From positions 1-61,909 of the IMG/VR virus record IMGVR_UViG_3300007754_000342: DNA of 61,909 nt. One strand, written 5' to 3'. Position numbers and translations under genes: made by a program. A model generated the notes under the pieces. It did not search any database and was not told the DNA's origin. It worked only from the letters and a program-made list of their open reading frames with translations. Positions 19,806 through 27,995 of this stretch are shown piece after piece; position 1 is the stretch's first letter; every line of letters begins with the position of its first letter. This stretch comes from a virus. Taxonomy: Duplodnaviria > Caudoviricetes.

Positions 19806-20227
19806 TGAAGTCTCAATTGTTATGTACATTCTCTAAAAGAAATAAACTTTATGATACCATAGACCTTATTATTGCATGCCATGACATATTGTTTAATAAA
19901 ATTTATGTGTTTCAAAATGAGAATGACCACCACGAATTAATAATAACATATAATATAACTGGTGATTATGATTTTGGTGGAGCTGATGCTAGAGATACTA
20001 TTTCATTACATAGAAAGAAACAAACTAATACATTATATACAATTAATGCAATAAATACCATTATTAGACAAAAGAATAATGGTGTACTTGATAAAACATT
20101 CCCTATTACTTGGGATGAGTATCGAAATTCATTATTATTAACAAATGAAAATGAATTAAATGTTATACCAACAAGAATATATTCAATTGTTGATATAGAA
20201 ACTTGGGAAAAAGATAGAAAAATATAG
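19805..20227 (+). CDS. Hypothetical phage protein
   Basis: 140-aa translationally coupled ORF (QLLCTF...HRKKQTNTLYTINA.N). Confidence 0.75.
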   Translation: MKSQLLCTFSKRNKLYDTIDLIIACHDILFNKIYVFQNENDHHELIITYNITGDYDFGGADARDTISLHRKKQTNTLYTINAINTIIRQKNNGVLDKTFPITWDEYRNSLLLTNENELNVIPTRIYSIVDIETWEKDRKI

Positions 20228-20235
20228 GTTATTAA

Positions 20236-20754
20236 ATGAACAATAAGGTTACAATAATAGATAATTTTTATGACGAACCTTACGAAGTTAGAAGACATGC
20301 TTTACAACGTGACTATAAGAGTGGTAATTTTGTTGGTATGAGAACATCAGACGGGGTTTCCGAGGAAGTAGTCAATAAATTATCAGATTTAAATGTTATC
20401 AATGGTCATTTTGAATGGTCACCATCCGATAGTATAAAAATAGTTGATATTGATTATTCAATTAAATTATTTGGTATTATATTTTTATCACCACACGCTC
20501 CAATTAATTCTGGTATATCTTTTCATAGATATAAAGAACTTGAAATGGATAAATATAAATACGATGAACCTGCACACGAGTTGGTTAATGAATATGGTAC
20601 GGATTTTACAAAGTGGGATGAAGTTGACAGAGTAGGTAATGTTTTTAATAGATTGGTTATATATGAAACAAAGTATTATCATTCAACTACAAATTATTTT
20701 GGAAAAGATGTTTTAGATTCTCGATTAATACAACGTTTATATTTAAAAAAATGA
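20236..20754 (+). CDS. 2OG-Fe(II) oxygenase-like protein (DUF6445-like)
   Basis: IIDNFY..P..VR, L.P.AP..SG..F, GNVFNRLVIY, YHS...YFG, RL.Q. Confidence 0.65.
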   Translation: MNNKVTIIDNFYDEPYEVRRHALQRDYKSGNFVGMRTSDGVSEEVVNKLSDLNVINGHFEWSPSDSIKIVDIDYSIKLFGIIFLSPHAPINSGISFHRYKELEMDKYKYDEPAHELVNEYGTDFTKWDEVDRVGNVFNRLVIYETKYYHSTTNYFGKDVLDSRLIQRLYLKK

Positions 20755-22139
20755 AACCATTTAGTAATAGAATAGAGGGAATAGTTACAATAGGTTTATC
20801 GGATTGGGAACGTAAAGAATGTAGTTATATAAATATGGAACCAGAACCAGATATTTATTATTATGGTATGAAGTATTTTGCAGATTGGTATCATTTTGAT
20901 GATGATAGAAATATCGAATCTATTTTAAAAACACATGAACCAGATTTAATATTAACTATAGGTGGTGAGAAAGATAGATTTTTACATCTAAATAACTTGA
21001 CAGATAATATAAAAAGAAAATGGTTACATTTATCAGATAGAGATTGGTGGTCGTGGGTAACTGATATTGATAAAAGTTTACCACATACATTAAATGATAA
21101 GTGGTGGAAAGAAATGTTAGAACCAGATGATTCTTTGGTTTCTGTAATGACAACAGCGTACAAAATAGGTGATAAAATACATAGAACATACGATTCTATT
21201 AAGGAACAAAGTTATAAGAATTGGCAATGGGTTATTAATGACGATTCACCAGATAGAGATACTTGGAAAGAGTTAGAAAAGATAGCTTCAAATGATAGTA
21301 GAGTAAAAATTATAAGAAATGAGGGCAGAAGTCCTGTTTCTCGTATTGGTAGAAATAACTTTTTAGCCGCTACACAATGTGATGGAAAATATTTAGTTGA
21401 ATTAGACCACGATGATTCTTTAACAATTAATTGTATAGAAGATTTAATATATCCATTTAAAGAATTTGATGATGTTGGTATGACGTGGGGTGATTGTTGT
21501 GGTTATAATGTTGTTGATAATACTTGTAATGATTGGGGGCCTTGGTATGCCGGGAGATATGGACATAGATATTGGACAACATATCCAAGAGGTTATGGTA
21601 AAAAGTGGAAGGTTATGAGGTCTGCTAATATCAATCCCTTTACTATAAGAAGGTTGTGGTCAACGTTAAATGTACCTAAATGTTGGAATAAGGACGTTTA
21701 TTTTAAGATAGGTGGTCATAATACCAACGTAAATGTTACAGATGATTATGATTTGATTATAAGAATGTTTTTAGGTACAAGGATTGCTAGAGTACAAAAA
21801 CTATGTATTTTTCAAAACGATGATGGTACTAAAGATAGTATAGGTGGTCATATCAGACACAAATCTATACAACGTGCTATGAGACATCAACAACGATACT
21901 ATGAACGTAGAATCCATGAAAGATTTGAAGAGTTGGGCATAGATGATTGGTGTTGGGATAAAGAAAAAGATGAATCACAATATGAAATGTGGTTGTCAAA
22001 AAATGGTAATGAACGACCAGAAGAAACACCAGATATGGTTGCTAATTATATATCAGAACTAAAAGAGCCATTTGAAGAAATGATTGATTGGGAAACACCA
22101 GCCGAGGATGTAGGCCCAATTGAATGTGAAAAAAATTAA
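20751..22139 (+). CDS. Glycosyltransferase family 2 with N-terminal extension
   Basis: LVSVMTTAY, Q.Y.NWQWVINDDS, YLVELDHDD, DDYDLIIR. Confidence 0.85.
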   Translation: MKPFSNRIEGIVTIGLSDWERKECSYINMEPEPDIYYYGMKYFADWYHFDDDRNIESILKTHEPDLILTIGGEKDRFLHLNNLTDNIKRKWLHLSDRDWWSWVTDIDKSLPHTLNDKWWKEMLEPDDSLVSVMTTAYKIGDKIHRTYDSIKEQSYKNWQWVINDDSPDRDTWKELEKIASNDSRVKIIRNEGRSPVSRIGRNNFLAATQCDGKYLVELDHDDSLTINCIEDLIYPFKEFDDVGMTWGDCCGYNVVDNTCNDWGPWYAGRYGHRYWTTYPRGYGKKWKVMRSANINPFTIRRLWSTLNVPKCWNKDVYFKIGGHNTNVNVTDDYDLIIRMFLGTRIARVQKLCIFQNDDGTKDSIGGHIRHKSIQRAMRHQQRYYERRIHERFEELGIDDWCWDKEKDESQYEMWLSKNGNERPEETPDMVANYISELKEPFEEMIDWETPAEDVGPIECEKN

Positions 22140-22148
22140 AAAAAGCTC

Positions 22149-22177
22149 TTGACCCGTGTCCTTTTTCTTTGTATATT
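22149..22177 (+). promoter_or_regulatory. Sigma70-type (early) promoter
   Basis: AAAAAAGCTC then TTGACC-N17-TATATT. Confidence 0.75.
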
Positions 22178-22200
22178 TAAGTGTAAAGAAAGGGAACTAT

Positions 22201-22575
22201 ATGAAAAAGTTAAAATCAAATTATGATAAATCAATTGATAATCTTTTAGATGGTATTAAAAAAGATTATGCTGGTTGGGGTAATGACCCTAAAGATTTAA
22301 GTGGTTCACAAAAAGATATTAGACTCAAGATGATTGATGAGTTCAACAAAGGAGTTCATGTTAAGGCAGGTAAGAAGTACGATAAGATTATCACTGGGAC
22401 TTCCGTTTGGGGTTTTGTTGCTAAAAGTGATGGAATACATAAAGGAATACCACATAAAACTGGTGATGTTTTTAAAGCGGCTGGATGGAGAGCTCCTGCT
22501 AAATGGGCAAGGGGTTCGATATTCGATTCTAATCAAAGTTGGTTTCATTGGACTGGTCCAAACTATATAATATAG
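22201..22575 (+). CDS. Hypothetical phage protein
   Basis: ATG at 22201 after AGGGA; GKKYDKI...VWGFV...GDVFKAAGW.APAK.ARG. Confidence 0.8.
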   Translation: MKKLKSNYDKSIDNLLDGIKKDYAGWGNDPKDLSGSQKDIRLKMIDEFNKGVHVKAGKKYDKIITGTSVWGFVAKSDGIHKGIPHKTGDVFKAAGWRAPAKWARGSIFDSNQSWFHWTGPNYII

Positions 22576-22583
22576 GAGTTAAA

Positions 22584-22688
22584 ATGAGTGATAATATAAA
22601 AGAAATACTTGGTAGTATAGTATTATTTATACTAATGTACATTTGGATGGTTATAATGTTTACTTTGGATGGTGCTCCATTCCATTAA
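22584..22688 (+). CDS. Small single-pass membrane protein (34 aa, not in ORF track)
   Basis: AGGAG RBS; MSDNIKEILGSIVLFILMYIWMVIMFTLDGAPFH*. Confidence 0.65.
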   Translation: MSDNIKEILGSIVLFILMYIWMVIMFTLDGAPFH

Positions 22689-22745
22689 AAAAGCTTAAAA
22701 AAGTTTAAAAAAGCTCTTGACTTTTACAATTTTTATTCGTAAGTT
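22686..22745 (+). promoter_or_regulatory. Sigma70-type promoter with three phased 10-bp A-tract repeats
   Basis: TAAAAAAGCT TAAAAAAGTT TAAAAAAGCT, then TTGACT-N17-TAAGTT. Confidence 0.7.
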
Positions 22746-22749
22746 AAGG

Positions 22750-22917
22750 TGTTGATTGAGATGAGTACTTTTAAAAACGGATAATCAACAAACTGATGAA
22801 GGACGTTGAGGAAGATTAATCACCTTCTGAGTCTAATGGTGTTCCGAGATTGAAACAGTTGATTACTTGAGTAGGTCGTTTGAGGAGCTGTGGAGTTCGA
22901 GTCTCCACCATCGGTCA
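22750..22917 (+). ncRNA. tRNA-like structured RNA of unknown class
   Basis: T-arm GTGGAG-TTCGAGT-CTCCAC; ACTGATG(22792-98) pairs with CATCGGT(22909-15); 5' hairpin TGTTGATT/AATCAACA; directly downstream of a promoter. Confidence 0.55.
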
Positions 22918-23020
22918 ATTAAAATTCGTGGTTTTTGTCTTTTTCTACGATAATTTGAAAAAGATGGTGGGTTGTGAGTGACTACCAATTTGGAACTCTC
23001 AAATTTTATTAAAAAAGCTC

Positions 23021-23049
23021 TTGACTCTTATTTGCATTTTTGGTATATT
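23021..23049 (+). promoter_or_regulatory. Sigma70-type (early) promoter
   Basis: AAAAAAGCTC then TTGACT-N17-TATATT. Confidence 0.75.
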
Positions 23050-23075
23050 CTCTTATGTTAAATAAGGAAAATACA

Positions 23076-23684
23076 ATGAATATAAACATAATAGAATCTT
23101 TAAACGAATTTGAAAAGGATTATAACCCATACGAAAATACTCCCTTTGAAAAACTTTTGACATTAATAAGTGATGACAGAGGTAAGTGGGGTGAAAAATT
23201 CTTACATAGTAACATAAAATTATCTGGATTAGAATCTAAATGGGATGGTGATTCAAACACAGATAATGAGGATGGTAGTGTATATGACATTTTAGTCAAT
23301 TTAAATCGTAGAACAGAAGTAAAAACTGCTACTAATGGATTGGATAAGAAAAAGAAAAAACTTACTAATACTTGGCAACATGAAAATATATATAAAGAAA
23401 ATATTTGGGATGATTTATTATTATTAGATGTTAATCCAAATGGTTTTTATTTAACACATATACCACATAGTGAAATGTGTTTCGGAAAGGAAAGACATAT
23501 TATCTTAGAAAAAAAATCTACAAAACACTTATCAGGTTGGAAATTTGATAGTTCAAGAGCTTCTTTAACCAAAGGTTTAAAGGCTGGAATCACTATTTAC
23601 ATTGATGTAGATAACGATGGTAACATATCTGATGATGACAATATAAAACTAAGGAGATTTATTGTTGAAAAATTCACTAATTAA
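23076..23684 (+). CDS. Putative PD-(D/E)XK restriction endonuclease
   Basis: RGKWGE helix, YDIL...TEVKTA catalytic-like motif; overlaps a methyltransferase gene. Confidence 0.6.
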   Translation: MNINIIESLNEFEKDYNPYENTPFEKLLTLISDDRGKWGEKFLHSNIKLSGLESKWDGDSNTDNEDGSVYDILVNLNRRTEVKTATNGLDKKKKKLTNTWQHENIYKENIWDDLLLLDVNPNGFYLTHIPHSEMCFGKERHIILEKKSTKHLSGWKFDSSRASLTKGLKAGITIYIDVDNDGNISDDDNIKLRRFIVEKFTN

Positions 23685-24732
23685 TTTATATTTAAAGGCT
23701 GAATCAAAATTTGGAATTAAAACTCTAGCAAAAAGATTATCTGTAAAAACTGGTACCATAGAAAGATGGAAATTATTGAATAATGTTCCCGAACATTATA
23801 TGTTTGATTTGTATGAAATTTTAGGAATGAATCTTGATTATGAAAAATTTGACTATAAACAAAAAGACCAATTCTTTACATCAGATAAAACTGCCAATTT
23901 CTGTTTTACAATATTTAAAAATAAATTAAAAGAACTTGGAGTAGATGATAATAATTATACATATCTTGAACCATCTGCTGGTGATGGTAGTTTTTATAAT
24001 TTGATGCCAAAGGATAGAAGAGTTGGTATTGATATTGAACCACGAATTGATAATATAATAGAACACAATTACTTATCATGGTTACCTGAAGGTGATACTA
24101 AATTTTTGGTAGTTGGTAATCCGCCATTTGGGTTGAGAGGAAATAAAGCATTAAGATTTTTAAACCATTCTTCTATGAATATTGGTGCAGAATTTGTTGG
24201 ATTTATATTACCACAAATATTTAATAGTCAAGGTAGGGGTTCATGTATGAAACGAGTACAAGACTTAAATCTAATTCACACAGTAGAAGTTCCAAATGAA
24301 TTTTATTATCCAGATAATACTAAAGTAAATGTGAATTGTATTTTCCAAGTTTGGTCTAAAAACTTTAAAATTGAATCAGTAGATGAAAGTTGTTCGGACT
24401 ACATCAAGTTGTATTCATTATCTGATGGTAATAGCTCTGGTAGTAAACGAAATGTAAATATGTTATATGAATGTGATTTATATTTACCCATCACTTGTTT
24501 TGGTAAGGATAATATGAAGGTGGTAAATAATTTTGATGATTTACCATTAAGGCGTGGTTATGGAATTAAAATTTTAAAAGATAATAAACGAGTCGTAGAC
24601 AAATTCAATGAAATAGATTGGTCTAAAGAATCTTTTTCATCTACAAATAGTGCATTAAATCTTAGATTTGACATTATAGAAAATGCATTAATAAAGAAAG
24701 GAATAAAAAATAAAAAGAACAAATTTTTTTAA
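23662..24732 (+). CDS. Amino (N6-adenine) DNA methyltransferase with N-terminal HTH
   Basis: DQFFT, LEPSAGDGSF (motif I), VVGNPPFG (motif IV); IKTLAKRLSVKTGTIERW HTH-like; AAGGAG RBS before TTG. Confidence 0.85.
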   Translation: MLKNSLINLYLKAESKFGIKTLAKRLSVKTGTIERWKLLNNVPEHYMFDLYEILGMNLDYEKFDYKQKDQFFTSDKTANFCFTIFKNKLKELGVDDNNYTYLEPSAGDGSFYNLMPKDRRVGIDIEPRIDNIIEHNYLSWLPEGDTKFLVVGNPPFGLRGNKALRFLNHSSMNIGAEFVGFILPQIFNSQGRGSCMKRVQDLNLIHTVEVPNEFYYPDNTKVNVNCIFQVWSKNFKIESVDESCSDYIKLYSLSDGNSSGSKRNVNMLYECDLYLPITCFGKDNMKVVNNFDDLPLRRGYGIKILKDNKRVVDKFNEIDWSKESFSSTNSALNLRFDIIENALIKKGIKNKKNKFF

Positions 24733-24743
24733 AAAAGCTTGAA

Positions 24744-24770
24744 CGTTTTGGCTATTTGTAATATATATAT
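24744..24770 (+). promoter_or_regulatory. Putative class B promoter upstream of the large ncRNA
   Basis: AAAAAAGCTTGAA-CGTTT-N14-ATATATAT. Confidence 0.5.
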
Positions 24771-24793
24771 ATTTATATCGTTAGATATTAAGA

Positions 24794-25226
24794 TTTTTGA
24801 TAATTTGAAAACGGAAAGTAGAGAGAGTAATTAACTCTCTATGGGATTGCCTGAATAATGAGTATACTTTGAAGCTCATAAGGGAATCTACCAATGGATG
24901 TGGTGTCCGACTACCTGCTAGAATGGTAGGTTGCAAATGTCTCGTAGACATACGAATTGGAATGTACTTTCAGAACATATAAAGAACACGATTCTTTGAC
25001 CTTGTTGTGAGTAAGGGTAAAACCGAAATCTCACTTTATGACCGAATAATCTAATCTTGGAGAGATAAGGTAATGGTACAGAGGTTGTACTCAATCGATG
25101 ATAGTTAACCACTATTGAGAGAATCATCGTAACTGATGGGTATTAGGTACAAGGTAAAAAAATCCAAGCTGATAGTTGTAGGTAATCGTTAATCCTACAT
25201 CCCCAAATTTTCAAAAATTATAAAAA
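24794..25226 (+). ncRNA. Large (~430 nt) multi-helix non-coding RNA with a pseudoknot
   Basis: No credible ORF; more than 12 complementary helices, including closing stem 24794-24811/25208-25226, GAAAGTA/TACTTTC, CCAAT/ATTGG, ACCTTGT/ACAAGGT and crossing CTTGGA/TCCAAG. Confidence 0.75.
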
Positions 25227-25291
25227 AGGGTTCAACCGATTTTTAGTTTCCACTATATACAAACTTAAAAAACTACAGAACCCTTTTTTTT
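25222..25291 (+). terminator. Long terminator-like hairpin
   Basis: AAAAAAGGGTTC...GAACCCTTTTTTTT with an inner TTTTTAGTTT/AAACTTAAAAA stem. Confidence 0.6.
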
Positions 25292-25308
25292 ATTTAAATA
25301 AAGGTTAT

Positions 25309-25923
25309 ATGTTAGACGTATCGTCACATAAAAATGTAGAAAATGTTATAAGATTCTTTTTGATGTATTTACCGCCACGAGGAGCAGAATCAATACTCGA
25401 TGTCGGTGGTGGTAGTACAGCTCCATATAAAGGCGTTCTACAAACTCGTACAAAAAAATATAAAAATTTAGATATAAGACCAGGTGATAGAGTTGATTAT
25501 TGCCAAGATATTATAGAAGGTACAAATTTTAAAGATAAACAATGGGATTGGGTTTGGTGTTCAGAAACACTTGAACATATACCACAACAATATATGAAAA
25601 CTTTTGTTGATGAAATTTGTAGGATAAGTAAAAATATTGTTTGGACATTTCCACTACCACACTCACCAGCGTTCCACGATGACCCAGGCCATAGTGAAGT
25701 TATAGTTGATATGAAATCATATGATACGGATTTCAATGTTATTGATAAAACTACAAAAACTGGAAAAGGAATCTGGATATTTGCAAGAAAAGATAAAGAA
25801 ATTCAAGTATCTAAAAGAGGAATAATCCAAGAAGGATATTCAGAAGATACTCTACCATTCGTAGTAATAAATTATAAGTGTTATGATAGAAATAATACTA
25901 AAAAAGCTTGGACGTTTACATAA
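25309..25923 (+). CDS. Class I SAM-dependent methyltransferase
   Basis: ILDVGGG, WDWVWCSETLEHIP. Confidence 0.85.
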   Translation: MLDVSSHKNVENVIRFFLMYLPPRGAESILDVGGGSTAPYKGVLQTRTKKYKNLDIRPGDRVDYCQDIIEGTNFKDKQWDWVWCSETLEHIPQQYMKTFVDEICRISKNIVWTFPLPHSPAFHDDPGHSEVIVDMKSYDTDFNVIDKTTKTGKGIWIFARKDKEIQVSKRGIIQEGYSEDTLPFVVINYKCYDRNNTKKAWTFT

Positions 25924-25940
25924 CATCTTAGATATATATT
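25913..25940 (+). promoter_or_regulatory. Putative class B promoter upstream of SSB
   Basis: AAAAAAGCTTGGA-CGTTT-N14-ATATATAT. Confidence 0.5.
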
Positions 25941-26006
25941 ATTAATCAAGGTTTTACTTTGATTAACAATTAACAATTAAAACATTAACAATTAGGAGAT
26001 TATAAA

Positions 26007-26777
26007 ATGGATATTGATGCAATACGGAAACGTTTAAATCAGTTACAAACCACAAACACTCGTACTTCAAATTTATGGAAACCGCAACCAGGAAAGCAAG
26101 TTGTTAGAATTGTACCTAATAAGTACAATAAAACTTCACCTTTCATTGAGTTGTATTTTCATTATGATTTGGGCGGACGAACCTACCTATCACCAATTTC
26201 TTTTGGAAGACCAGACCCTGTTGAAGAGTTTGCTGACAAATTGAAATCAAGTGGTAATCGTGATGACTGGAGACTTGGTAAGAAACTTGAAGCTAAGATG
26301 AGAACTTTTGCACCTGTACTTGTACGTGGAGCAGAAAATGATGGTATTAAGTTTTGGGGATTTGGTAAAACAGTCTACCAAGAATTACTCTCGGTTATTG
26401 CTGACCCAGATTATGGTGATATTACAGATGCAGAAAATGGTCGTGATGTCGTAGTTGAGTTTAAGACTGCAGAAGAAACAGGAAAATCATTTCCTACTAC
26501 TGCTATTCGTGTTAAACCAAATCAGACACCAATTTCAGATGATAAACAAACAATGGAAGGAGCATTAGAAAACCAAGTTGATTTAAATACGGTTTATAAT
26601 GAACGTTCTTATGATGAACTTACAGAAGTTCTGAATGAGTGGTTGAATCCATCTGAAGATTCTGACGCGAATGGTACAGCTACTGAAACGGTAGATAAAC
26701 CTACAAAGGAAGCTTTGAAGGAAACTACTACAGTAGATGATGCCTCATCCGCGTTTGACGAATTATTCAATCGGTAA
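26007..26777 (+). CDS. Single-stranded DNA-binding protein (gp32-like)
   Basis: WKP..G..VVRIVP, PF.ELYFHY, FWGFGK, DITD...GRD, acidic tail ending AFDELF. Confidence 0.85.
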   Translation: MDIDAIRKRLNQLQTTNTRTSNLWKPQPGKQVVRIVPNKYNKTSPFIELYFHYDLGGRTYLSPISFGRPDPVEEFADKLKSSGNRDDWRLGKKLEAKMRTFAPVLVRGAENDGIKFWGFGKTVYQELLSVIADPDYGDITDAENGRDVVVEFKTAEETGKSFPTTAIRVKPNQTPISDDKQTMEGALENQVDLNTVYNERSYDELTEVLNEWLNPSEDSDANGTATETVDKPTKEALKETTTVDDASSAFDELFNR

Positions 26778-26873
26778 TTAAATAATATTGGGTGGCTAGG
26801 GTTAAGAGCCACTGTTAAGAATAGAGGAACACTCCGTCTTTCTGGAACCACCCATATTTACATAGGAGATTTT

Positions 26874-27995
26874 ATGTCCGCAAGAGACGAATTGGCTTCG
26901 GTTTTATCCACAAGCCTTAATAAACAATTTAAAAAGGATTATCCGAAAGTAGCATATTTTCTTGATGGTTCTGATGAAACGCCAACCGATGTAACCGATT
27001 TTATTTCTACTGGTTCATCTATGTTGGATTTAGCAATTTCTAATAAGCCAAATGGTGGTATAGCTATTGGTCGAATTACAGAAATAAATGGACTTGAATC
27101 AAGTGGTAAATCCTTGGTTGGAGCCCATTTATTAGCTTCTACACAAAAGAAGGGTGGAGTAGCCGTATACATAGATACTGAGACTGCAGTTAGTAGAGAA
27201 TTTCTTGAAGTTATAGGTGTTGATATAGACAATATGTTATATGTTCACTTAGAAACTGTAGAAGAAATATTTGAAGCTATAGAAAAGATAGTTACCAAGG
27301 TTAGAGAAGAAGATACAGGTAGATTGGTTACAATATTGGTTGATAGTTTAGCTGGAGCTTCTACTAAAGTTGAGATGGAAGCCGATTTTGAGAAAGATGG
27401 TTGGGCTACAAGTAAAGCTATCATCATTTCTAAAGCGATGAGAAAGATTACTCAGATGATTGGAAGACGTAAAGTCGCTCTTGTGTTTACTAATCAATTA
27501 AGACAAAAGTTGGGTGTAATGTTTGGAGACCCTTGGACAACAAGTGGTGGAAAAGCGTTACCATTTCATGCTTCTACTCGTATTCGATTAAAAAATAAAG
27601 GTCAGATAAAAGACACTAAAAAGAATACGATTGGAATGAATATACAAGCTCAAGTTATTAAAAATAGATTAGGGCCTCCATTAAGACATTGTGAGTTTCC
27701 ACTTTATTTTGAAAGTGGTATTGATGATGATGGTAGTTGGCTAACCGTAATGAAAGAACATGGTATTTGTAAAGTTGCAGGAGCTTGGTATACACTTCCA
27801 ATTATTGATATGGATACAGGTGAAGTTACAGATGAAAAGAAATTTCAATCAAAAGATTGGTCAAAACTTTTGGAAGACAAGGAATTTAAAGATTATGTAT
27901 ATAGTATGATTTGTGATAAAGTTATTTTAAAATATACAAAAGAAGATTTAGGTATTGATGATGTGGAGATGACCGAAGAGGTATTAGGTGACTAA
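26874..27995 (+). CDS. recA: RecA/UvsX recombinase
   Basis: ISTGS..LD.A, GLESSGKS, YIDTE, VDSLA, FTNQLR, GGKAL.F, KNR. Confidence 0.95.
   Translation: MSARDELASVLSTSLNKQFKKDYPKVAYFLDGSDETPTDVTDFISTGSSMLDLAISNKPNGGIAIGRITEINGLESSGKSLVGAHLLASTQKKGGVAVYIDTETAVSREFLEVIGVDIDNMLYVHLETVEEIFEAIEKIVTKVREEDTGRLVTILVDSLAGASTKVEMEADFEKDGWATSKAIIISKAMRKITQMIGRRKVALVFTNQLRQKLGVMFGDPWTTSGGKALPFHASTRIRLKNKGQIKDTKKNTIGMNIQAQVIKNRLGPPLRHCEFPLYFESGIDDDGSWLTVMKEHGICKVAGAWYTLPIIDMDTGEVTDEKKFQSKDWSKLLEDKEFKDYVYSMICDKVILKYTKEDLGIDDVEMTEEVLGD

Noticed and set aside
22793-22880. Canonical hammerhead ribozyme (CTGATGA...GAAAC...GTC)
   Set aside because: Core words are present but I could not build proper stems I and III around a cleavage triplet; kept only as a note in the tRNA-like RNA finding.
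22938-23006. Hairpins downstream of the tRNA-like RNA
   Set aside because: TCTTTTTC/GAAAAAGA and AATTTG/CAAATT stems are AT-rich and could be a terminator or chance; not enough support for a separate call.
24918-25127. 69-aa minus-strand ORF in the large intergenic gap
   Set aside because: Against the strand of all other genes, no recognisable motif; the region is better explained by RNA structure.
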